Positions 56,612-64,000 of a stretch of 64,000 nt of DNA are shown in pieces. The DNA is taken from positions 1,932,082 through 1,996,081 of the forward strand of contig CBDCTJ010000007.1 in assembly GCA_965222115.1 (NCBI GenBank). Reading direction: 5' to 3'. The stretch comes from Planctomycetota bacterium (GTDB lineage: Bacteria > Planctomycetota > PLA2 > JAEUHO01). The notes under the pieces were generated by a model. That model did no database searches and was not told the origin of the DNA. It worked only from the letters and a program-made list of their open reading frames with translations. Position 1 is the first letter of the stretch. Every line of letters starts with the position of its first letter. A program made the translations under genes and the position numbers.

Positions 56612-58315
56612 ATGGGTACCTCAAACCTTCTGAATACGAGCACGCCGAATCTCAAGGCACTCTTAAGTAACGGGCGAGTGTATCGCGTACCTCCGTTTCA
56701 GAGAGACTATTCGTGGCGACGGGAGAATTGGGAAGACCTGTGGTTGGACCTTCTTGAGCTTACGAAGGGGGCCACTCGTCAGCATTACATGGGGGCTGTA
56801 GTCTTGCGCCAGGAAGGGGCCGAGGAGTTTCAAGTAATCGATGGACAGCAGCGCCTCGCAACTTTAAGCCTCGTGGTGCTTGCCGTCGTAAAGCGCTTAC
56901 TTGTGCTTGCTGACGATGGAATTGAGCCGGATCAGAATCGTGAGCGAGCAACTCTTCTTCGAAGCGCATTTATCGGAACTAAGCAGGCAGGATCATTGAT
57001 CGAAGCCAGCAAGTTAACTCTTAATCGAAACGATAAGGGGTTTTATGAGGGAACGTTGGTGCAGCTACGTGATCCCGTTAGTGTTCGGACGCTCAGCGCA
57101 TCCGAGAGGTTCCTGTGGGGTGCATTTTGTTATTTCCGCGATCGCGTTACGGAAGAATTTTCAGAATATAGCGGCCAGCAGCTCGCCGAATGGATCGAGT
57201 CACTTGTTTCCGTACGCCTACTTTTTATTCAGGTCACCGTCGAAGATGAAGTTGGGGCATACACAGTTTTCGAAACACTAAACGCGCGTGGTCTTGACTT
57301 GACCGCTGGAGACCTAATAAAGAACTACTTGATGTCGAAAGTAGAACAATCGGGAGAAGGAGATTTGGCATTCGTGCTGGACAAGTGGAGCCGAATCTCG
57401 GCGCACGTTCGCGCTGGAAGGCTGCCCGAATTCTTGCGACATTACTACAATTCCCGGTATCCGTTTGTAAGAAAGGACCGTCTGTTTCGCGGTATCCGAA
57501 ACCGCGTAGCTACTGCGGACCAAGCAATCGCGTTGGTGGAGGACCTGGAACGAGCAGCGGTGCGTTACGGCGCCTTGTCGGCGGGCGATAACGAGTTCTG
57601 GTTGGACTTTGACGGTGCCGCACGTCATGTGAGGGCGCTCGTCTTGTTTGGCGTTGGGCAATATCGGCCGCTTGCGCTAGCGGCGCTGGACAAGATGGAC
57701 GGAAATGAGGTCGTAACCGTTCTGCGAGATTGTGTCACTCTATCGATGCGCTTCAACATGGTTGCGCGACGCGGGACGCATGAACTGGAAAAGCGATACA
57801 ATTTGGCAGCTATTGCTGTGACGGAGGGGAGAGCCGAAACTGCGGCGGAGATTAGAAAATTCTTACTACCCGCATACGTTGACGATGAAGAGTTTCGTTC
57901 TGACTTTGAACGGTATCAACTCCCACGCAGCCCTAAGGGGAAGAAATTGGTGCGCTACGTCCTTTGCGAACTGGAGCACCAGAACTCTGGCCAAGACCTG
58001 AGTTGGGGCAGCCTGAGAGCGACCATAGAGCACATTGTGCCCGAAAGTTTGACTGCGGAATGGGAGGAGTGCTTTCCGTCGACTAGGCATGCTGAACTTG
58101 TCGATCGGCTTGGAAACTTCGCTCTGCTTGAGTCGGGACTAAACAATCAGATAGGGCAAGAGCCCTTTTCAGAGAAAGTCCTCGCTTTTCGGAAAAGCCA
58201 GTATCAACTCACTCAGGAACTCGGTCAACTGAGTGAATGGACGCCCGCTGCATTGACGGAGCGCCAGAAAGGACTCGCCAAAATGGCTACTGCCATTTGG
58301 CGATTTCCGTCTTAG
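56612..58315 (+). CDS. GmrSD-family type IV (modification-dependent) restriction enzyme-like protein, DUF262 plus DUF1524
   Basis: N-terminal DUF262/ParB-like nuclease (YRVPPFQRDYSWRRENWEDLWLDL...VIDGQQRL). C-terminal DUF1524/HNH-like (IEHIVPESL...LGNFALLESGLNNQIG). AT-richer than the genome. Start chosen at MGTSNLL (the ORF track gives 56528). Confidence 0.75.
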   Translation: MGTSNLLNTSTPNLKALLSNGRVYRVPPFQRDYSWRRENWEDLWLDLLELTKGATRQHYMGAVVLRQEGAEEFQVIDGQQRLATLSLVVLAVVKRLLVLADDGIEPDQNRERATLLRSAFIGTKQAGSLIEASKLTLNRNDKGFYEGTLVQLRDPVSVRTLSASERFLWGAFCYFRDRVTEEFSEYSGQQLAEWIESLVSVRLLFIQVTVEDEVGAYTVFETLNARGLDLTAGDLIKNYLMSKVEQSGEGDLAFVLDKWSRISAHVRAGRLPEFLRHYYNSRYPFVRKDRLFRGIRNRVATADQAIALVEDLERAAVRYGALSAGDNEFWLDFDGAARHVRALVLFGVGQYRPLALAALDKMDGNEVVTVLRDCVTLSMRFNMVARRGTHELEKRYNLAAIAVTEGRAETAAEIRKFLLPAYVDDEEFRSDFERYQLPRSPKGKKLVRYVLCELEHQNSGQDLSWGSLRATIEHIVPESLTAEWEECFPSTRHAELVDRLGNFALLESGLNNQIGQEPFSEKVLAFRKSQYQLTQELGQLSEWTPAALTERQKGLAKMATAIWRFPS

Positions 58316-58411
58316 CGCTCACACGGGCAGCAGAAGGCTCGAATTGACTTTACGCGGCTCATGCAAGGGGATGGGAACTCGGTGTCTCCCTCGATCCGCA
58401 TTCGAGGCAAT

Positions 58412-59701
58412 TCATGCCTTTCCGTTCGAACTATCGGCTAGGCCCGCGGCTGACCTGTCGCTGCCGTCATTGCGCGCATACACACGTACCGCCATGCGCT
58501 CATCGGCCTGACGTACGCGGAGGTACATCCCCCCTTCGAGCTCAAGCACGTCGGCCGAAACGGGAATGCGATCGAGGCGCGCTTGCAGAATGCCGGTGAC
58601 GGTCGTGTTCTCTTCCTCTTCGTCCGCGAAGACAACATCGCAGTTGAGGAAACGAGCCACGTCACGGATGCGGGTGAGGCCGTGGACCAAGGCTTCGGTG
58701 CGCGACAGTCGCTTAACAAGTCCTTCGGTGACGTCGAGCTCGTCGATGGCTTCGCCCACGAGTTCTTCCACGAGGTCGTCCATCGTGACGATGCCTTCGG
58801 TGACGCCGTACTCGTCAATGACTACGGCCATACGGCCGTGGGCGCGTTGCACATCGCGCAAAACGTCGTCGACCTTTTTGCTGGTTGGAACAAACAACGC
58901 TTTGCGCTTGAATTCGCCGACCGTTTTCTCCTCGCCGCCTGTTGCGAGGGCCACCAGTGCATCGCGGCGCGCCAAGATTCCCGTCACGGCATCGAGGTCG
59001 TCGTCATAGATCGGAAACTGTGCGTGATTGGCACTCAACAGAATCTCGCGAATGCTTGCAAGTGGTGTGTCGGCCTTGAAACCACGAATGAGGCGTCGCG
59101 GCGTCATAACGTCTTCGGCCGTAATGTCGTCGAGTCGAAACACGCGCTGAATTAGTTCGACCTCGCGCGAGGCGATGTGGCCGCCCTCTTCGCCGAGCCG
59201 CGCGAGCTCCTTAATCTCCGATTCGCCGCCCGCGAGCACGCGTGACGACGGTTTGGCCCAACCCACGATCAGATCCACCAGCAACACGAGCGGGCGCAAT
59301 GCCATGCTGACCCACTGCAATAGGGGCGCAACGAGCATGGCAATCGGTTCGGGAAGCGCTTCACCGAGCACCTTGGGGACGATTTCACCAAAGGCGATGA
59401 TGGCCAATGTCTGCGCGGCGATAAAGGCGAACATGCCGCCCGTGCTGTCGATCACGGTGGTGGCGTAGGCCGAGATTGCCGCGGTGCCGGCAATGGCGAA
59501 GATGTTATTGAGGATCACAATGGAAGCGAGCGTGCGTCCGGGCTCGCGCTTGAGCGCCAGCAACCGGTCGGCGCCCTTTTCACCATTCTCCACGCGCACC
59601 CGTATGCGCGCTTCGCTCGTGGAGAGGAGCGCCGCCTCGCTAAGGGAGCAGAAAAAGGAGCCGGCCAGATTTCCGACAACGTAAAGGATGAGTTGCAACA
59701 T
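58412..59701 (-). CDS. HlyC/CorC (CNNM) family transporter: DUF21 membrane domain, CBS pair and CorC_HlyC domain
   Basis: N-terminal DUF21 TM region (SEAALLSTSEARIRV...), tandem CBS-like segments and a transporter-associated C-terminal domain. 429 aa. Confidence 0.8.
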   Translation of the reverse strand: MLQLILYVVGNLAGSFFCSLSEAALLSTSEARIRVRVENGEKGADRLLALKREPGRTLASIVILNNIFAIAGTAAISAYATTVIDSTGGMFAFIAAQTLAIIAFGEIVPKVLGEALPEPIAMLVAPLLQWVSMALRPLVLLVDLIVGWAKPSSRVLAGGESEIKELARLGEEGGHIASREVELIQRVFRLDDITAEDVMTPRRLIRGFKADTPLASIREILLSANHAQFPIYDDDLDAVTGILARRDALVALATGGEEKTVGEFKRKALFVPTSKKVDDVLRDVQRAHGRMAVVIDEYGVTEGIVTMDDLVEELVGEAIDELDVTEGLVKRLSRTEALVHGLTRIRDVARFLNCDVVFADEEEENTTVTGILQARLDRIPVSADVLELEGGMYLRVRQADERMAVRVYARNDGSDRSAAGLADSSNGKA

Positions 59702-59968
59702 GGGTTTGCCTGCCTACGCAGGAGCCGCAGAGCCGAGGCTCAGTTCGAAAACTCCTCTACTACGCGATCCGATCCACTCGCTGCGAGTTGCGTCCCATTG
59801 AAATTGTCATCCTCGACGTGAACAGATCACGTCTGCGGGTCAATTTCTCGGTCCATCAACTCTCGCGTCGGTCTCGAACCGCTCGCTACGAGGCTTTTCA
59901 AACAGAGCCTATACGCCCCCGCGTGAATTGCATAGATTCCATGGCATTTCCCGCAAATGGTGACCCAG

Positions 59969-60733
59969 CTAAAAGGTGTGCAAGGCTCCCTGAGCGGCCA
60001 TGCGAATGCGGGTATCGCCCAGCGCCGCCAGCTCGTTTCGAATTTCGGCGGCATAGCCAGGCTTGACATGAATGACGAAAATGGGGACGTCCTTGTTTAG
60101 CGAGGCCAGGTCGTTGGCCAGAAGCTGAGGTGTCATATGGCCGCTGCGCGTTGCCAAAGCCTCGTGGTGATTGGGGAAACTGCACTCCACGAATACGGCT
60201 CGCAGATCATCCGTCGCCGCGGCAAGATTCCACACCGCCGTGGTGGACGTCGTGTCGCCGGCAATGATGATTGACGCATCGCCGGAACGGATGCGAAAGC
60301 CCAAGCACGGCACACTGTGATTCATCTCGCACGCGGTGAGCTCGTAGCCGTCGATCCATGTGGATGACTCACCTGCTTCAACAAATTGCCAATCGAGTAC
60401 ATCGGCACCATTGTGTTGAAGGTGCGTCAGGTCTGGCCACACCACATCGTTGAATATGTGCTCTTTCAAAGCCTTTTGGGTGAGGCGGGTCGTCAATAGC
60501 TTCAGCGTATCGGGTTTGCCCATGAATCGATTGGCCACAAAGAGCGGTAGCGACCAGATGTGATCCACATGGGTATGCGTGATGGCGATTCCACGAATCT
60601 TCAGTTGCGCCGCAAGTGGCAGGCTGTCGGTGAGCGCCCCTGCGTCGACCGCCACGACGTCGTCGATGAGGTAGCACGACAGCCGCGTATTCGGCGCACT
60701 TCCCCCCCCGCAACCTAGGACTCGAATCTGCAT
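59969..60733 (-). CDS. MBL-fold metallo-hydrolase, class II 3',5'-cyclic-nucleotide phosphodiesterase-like
   Basis: MQIRVLGCGGG...; IAITHTHVDHIWSLPLF (HxHxDH); layout resembles class II cAMP PDEs (PF02112). Confidence 0.55.
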   Translation of the reverse strand: MQIRVLGCGGGSAPNTRLSCYLIDDVVAVDAGALTDSLPLAAQLKIRGIAITHTHVDHIWSLPLFVANRFMGKPDTLKLLTTRLTQKALKEHIFNDVVWPDLTHLQHNGADVLDWQFVEAGESSTWIDGYELTACEMNHSVPCLGFRIRSGDASIIIAGDTTSTTAVWNLAAATDDLRAVFVECSFPNHHEALATRSGHMTPQLLANDLASLNKDVPIFVIHVKPGYAAEIRNELAALGDTRIRMAAQGALHTF

Positions 60734-60930
60734 GTGGGCCGTAGCCTACCGCCGACGGCCTCATTGCACAGAAACACGGTGCGCGGAATCCCGCGAACCC
60801 ATCGACGCCGTGGGGTCCGGTGGAGTTGACCGATTTTGTTGGCGACGGCTAGCATATGGGCGCAACGCCGCAGCTCATGAGGGTCCGCTAGGACGAGCCT
60901 TCGTACGGCGATTGCAAAAATAGCCCGCGT

Positions 60931-63027
60931 ATGTCGGCGCGTACCACTCTCGGGAGAGCATCGGTGCAACAGAGCCCGCTAATTGGCGTCATGAAGATCT
61001 TGGCCTTCATCGCACTTGCATTCATGGTTTGGCTCACATGGTGGCAGGCCGATCGACGCGAGCAGCGCCTCGACGAAACCCGCAAACAGATCTCCGGTAT
61101 CAAAAACGACATTACGAAGATGCGCGGTGCCGTAGACAAACTCACTTCGTCGATTCGATCCGGCATCGTAGTTACCGGGCAGTCTTCAGTTTCGCCAGGC
61201 TCGTCCGGATCGTCGGGCGTAGCGAAGAAGAACATCCCTCCGCCTCCTGCGTACCTGAGTGAGAAGGCAAAGGCGCTTTGGGGGCGCTACGAGAACTACT
61301 TCACGCCCGAAGACGATCCGATTGAGATTCCCCCGCTCGACACGAAGGGCGCGGACGTCGATGGCCGAATCAACTGCTGGTTCCTCGGGAAACCCGCTGC
61401 CAAGGTCAACTGGGTCACCGGCAACGACAGCAATATGACCACGCAGGTTAGGGAGTATTGCGAGAGCAGGCTTGGCCGTGTACACGATCGAAACCCTTCC
61501 CTTTGGAAACCTGAGTCTGCTGTTCGTGTAGAGGTGAATCGCGAAGATGTTGGGGATACTCCTAAGTTCTGCGAGTGGGTCGTCTTCTTGCGCGACGACA
61601 TGTACTGGCACACACCCCAGGTAGACCTCACGAAATATCCGCATCTGGCCGGCGAACACAAGGTGACCTCGCGCGATTTCAAGTTTCGCCTCGATCTCAT
61701 TCTTAATGAGGACGTTGACTGCGCCAGCTTGCGCAACTACTACAGCGAGTGTGCAGGCATCGAGATCGTTGATGACTACTGTTTCATTGTTCGTTGGAAG
61801 AAGCCGCAGTACAACGCGATTACGTTCACCCTTGATCATAGACCGGCGCCCTACTTCGTATTCGCATTTGATGAAAAGGGACGCGAGTACGACGACAGCG
61901 AAGTGGGTGCGGCCTTCAACACCCATTGGATGTATCGAGACTTCAAATTCGTAGGCCACGGACCCTATTACGTGGCTGAGTTCAACCCATCAAGTCACGT
62001 GCTGTTGCGCCGATTCGATCGCTACTTTGGTGAGACGAGCCTCCCTAAGGAGATTCGCCAAGAGATGTTTCCAGCGGCGAAGATGGCCGTAGACAAGATG
62101 GAAAGCGGTGATTTTGACTACGTGCGTATGTCTGCAAAGGACTGGGACAAGAAGGTCAACAGCGGGAAGGAGACGCCGTTCAATGACGGTTCCATGGAAG
62201 AGGAGTGGGCATGGGACACCGGCTACTATTTCATCGCGTGGAAAACGACGCACAAGATCTTTCGAGACGTTCGCGTACGTCGCGCCATGACCATGGCGTG
62301 TGACCGCAATCGCGTGCGCGACGTGATTCAGCACGGAAAGTCGAAGGTTCTCACGGGGCCGCAGCACGTGAACTCGCCCTTCAATCCGCCTGATTTGGAG
62401 CCGTTGCCCTTCGACCTCGAAGCGTCAGCGGCGTTGCTCAAAGAGGCGGGTTGGGAAGACACCGATGGCGATGGCGTACTCGACAAACAGTTGGAGAAGG
62501 GCGCGGAGCGGACGGATTTTCGCTTCGTTGCAACGTTACCGAGCGGCAGTGAGCGCGCCGATGCAATCTTCAAGATGTTCAAAGAAGACCTGCGCAAGAT
62601 TGGCGTCGAAATGACCATCACACGCATGGCGTGGGCGCAGTTTGGCGAAGAGGCACTCGATGGCCGCAGCTTTGAGTGTACGACGCTCGGATGGAACGGC
62701 AGTGGTTGGGAGAGTGACCTCTATCAGATCTGGCACAGCAGTCAGATCAAGTCGGCGCGATCGAGTAATTTTATCGAGTTCAATGACAAGGTGACGGACG
62801 AGCTCATTGAACGGCTCCGCGCTACATTCGATGTAGATGAGCGCGTCCGTCTCCAGCGTAAAGCACACAAACGAATCGCAGAACTTCAGCCGTATACGTT
62901 TCTGACCACGCGGCGCATTCCTTGGTTTTCCTGGAAACACCGCGTTGGCAATTTCGCTGCAGGTACGCGATACGCCGTGCGTCCTGCCGTTCGCATGACG
63001 CCTATGTTTGTGAAGTCGCCCGACTAA
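60931..63027 (+). CDS. ABC transporter substrate-binding protein, family 5 (oligopeptide/dipeptide/nickel type)
   Basis: Signal/TM anchor; SBP_bac_5-like core (FKMFKEDLRKIGVEMTITRMAWAQF, TLGWNGSG). Followed by an OppB-like permease gene. Confidence 0.8.
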   Translation: MSARTTLGRASVQQSPLIGVMKILAFIALAFMVWLTWWQADRREQRLDETRKQISGIKNDITKMRGAVDKLTSSIRSGIVVTGQSSVSPGSSGSSGVAKKNIPPPPAYLSEKAKALWGRYENYFTPEDDPIEIPPLDTKGADVDGRINCWFLGKPAAKVNWVTGNDSNMTTQVREYCESRLGRVHDRNPSLWKPESAVRVEVNREDVGDTPKFCEWVVFLRDDMYWHTPQVDLTKYPHLAGEHKVTSRDFKFRLDLILNEDVDCASLRNYYSECAGIEIVDDYCFIVRWKKPQYNAITFTLDHRPAPYFVFAFDEKGREYDDSEVGAAFNTHWMYRDFKFVGHGPYYVAEFNPSSHVLLRRFDRYFGETSLPKEIRQEMFPAAKMAVDKMESGDFDYVRMSAKDWDKKVNSGKETPFNDGSMEEEWAWDTGYYFIAWKTTHKIFRDVRVRRAMTMACDRNRVRDVIQHGKSKVLTGPQHVNSPFNPPDLEPLPFDLEASAALLKEAGWEDTDGDGVLDKQLEKGAERTDFRFVATLPSGSERADAIFKMFKEDLRKIGVEMTITRMAWAQFGEEALDGRSFECTTLGWNGSGWESDLYQIWHSSQIKSARSSNFIEFNDKVTDELIERLRATFDVDERVRLQRKAHKRIAELQPYTFLTTRRIPWFSWKHRVGNFAAGTRYAVRPAVRMTPMFVKSPD

Positions 63028-63081
63028 GGTGCATGTGCGAACCCCGACGCCCCCGGTTGCGCCCTGCGATGGAGAAGCCAA

Positions 63082-64000
63082 GTGCTTGAGTACATCGTAA
63101 AGCGAGTGCTGCTTATGATCCCGACGTTCATCGGGATCTCGTTTTTGGTGTGGCTTATCATGACACTTGCACCCGGTGAACCTGCAGGTGCATCACAGCA
63201 GTCCAGCGACGGACAGGCCGATGCCAAAGACGCCGAGTCGGGCGACAAGAGTCAGCGCAATTTTCGTCGGCAGTTTGGACTCGATCGACCGCGCTTCATT
63301 AACACATGGACCACGCTCGACAAGAAGGAGGTACTTGAAGCATTGGACGCCGATTTGCGGGGTGCCGGAAGCGGCCCCGATGCAGTCTCGCCAAGCGCGC
63401 TCAAAGACGCCAAACGCAAGCTGCTCGACTGGCAACGCTACGCCATTCCGCCACTCCTAGAGATCGTGAAGGAATCGGGCGACAACCCACGACTCCAAGA
63501 TCGCGCGCTCTCGTACCTGCGCCGGTCGGCCTATACCATTCGCACACCGTATCCTGCCAGCTACGTTCCCACGGAAGCCGAATCCAAACGTGATCGCAAG
63601 ATTGAAGCCTTCAATCGGGAACTTGATACGGCTACTTACCGCTGGAGCGACGAATCAACTGCGCAAGAACGGCAAGCGGTACTCGACAACTGGAACACGT
63701 GGTTCGAAACGCACAAGCATGAGTTTGACTACTCCACCTGGGAAGTGTTCAAAATCGGAGTCACCGACACACAGTTCGGTAAGTACTGGGGTGGATTGCT
63801 AAAGCTCGATTTCGGGCTGAGTCTGCGCACCCGAGAGCCGGTGCTTAAGATGATTCTTAGCAAGCTCAAGTACAGTCTGTCGCTCGCCGTGCCGTCCTTC
63901 ATTATCGCGTGGATTTTGGCGGTGTTCTTGGGCGTATTTAGCGCCACGCACCCGAACACACCTACCGACCAAACGCTCAGCGTATCGCTCTATATGCTCT
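63082..64000 (+). CDS. ABC transporter permease, OppB/DppB-like (3' end truncated by window edge)
   Basis: GTG start with GGAGAAG RBS 5 nt upstream. N-terminus VLEYIVKRVLLMIPTFIGISFLVWLIMTLAPGEP is the canonical OppB start. Frame open to the window end, with a long periplasmic insert before the next TM (SLSLAVPSFIIAWILAVFLGVF). Absent from the ORF track because it runs off the window. Confidence 0.75.
   Translation, partial: MLEYIVKRVLLMIPTFIGISFLVWLIMTLAPGEPAGASQQSSDGQADAKDAESGDKSQRNFRRQFGLDRPRFINTWTTLDKKEVLEALDADLRGAGSGPDAVSPSALKDAKRKLLDWQRYAIPPLLEIVKESGDNPRLQDRALSYLRRSAYTIRTPYPASYVPTEAESKRDRKIEAFNRELDTATYRWSDESTAQERQAVLDNWNTWFETHKHEFDYSTWEVFKIGVTDTQFGKYWGGLLKLDFGLSLRTREPVLKMILSKLKYSLSLAVPSFIIAWILAVFLGVFSATHPNTPTDQTLSVSLYML

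Overview
This is a high-GC (about 62-65 % by eye) bacterial chromosomal segment with dense, mostly plus-strand coding. The content (DUF1573, FG-GAP/ASPIC protein, giant low-complexity proteins, several ECF sigma factors, type IV pilus parts) suggests Planctomycetota or a relative, but that is inference only. Recognisable housekeeping genes are RNase E/G, rplU-rpmA-obg, coaX, pyrC, glmS, efp, a lipid A acyltransferase, an Opp-like ABC transporter and a CorC/HlyC transporter. Type IV pilus / T2SS-like genes (PilO/P-like, secretin, PilT, GspC-like PDZ protein) sit among them.

Notable accessory content, by coordinate:
- 14.4-22.2 kb: two large paralogous lipoproteins followed by an RsbW-like kinase and a GAF-PP2C phosphatase.
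- 22.3-25.3 kb: a tetra-heme cytochrome c lipoprotein next to a DUF1573 protein.
- 27.3-30.1 kb: an Ala/Pro/Gly-rich secreted protein with a tandem duplicated thioredoxin-like domain lacking CxxC.
- 30.2-41.8 kb: the best candidate for an undescribed system. Divergent ECF sigma factors, a co-transcribed anti-sigma candidate, an HtrA-like protein with PDZ whose catalytic Ser appears replaced, a FecR-like membrane protein, and a translationally coupled 1862-aa protein whose N-terminus looks like a GspK/PilX-type minor pseudopilin. That protein carries three copies of an unrecognised about 45-aa motif plus (PD)n and Asp/Glu-rich linkers.
- 46.8-52.2 kb: tandem M14-like paralogs; the second carries FG-GAP repeats and an ASPIC/UnbV domain.
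- 52.5-58.3 kb: a minus-strand group II intron (RT/maturase ORF, recognisable domain V) beside a visibly AT-richer island with an LRR protein and a GmrSD-type (DUF262-DUF1524) restriction enzyme.

No rRNA, tRNA or CRISPR array was detected. Coordinates I derived by hand rather than from the ORF track may be off by 1-2 nt.
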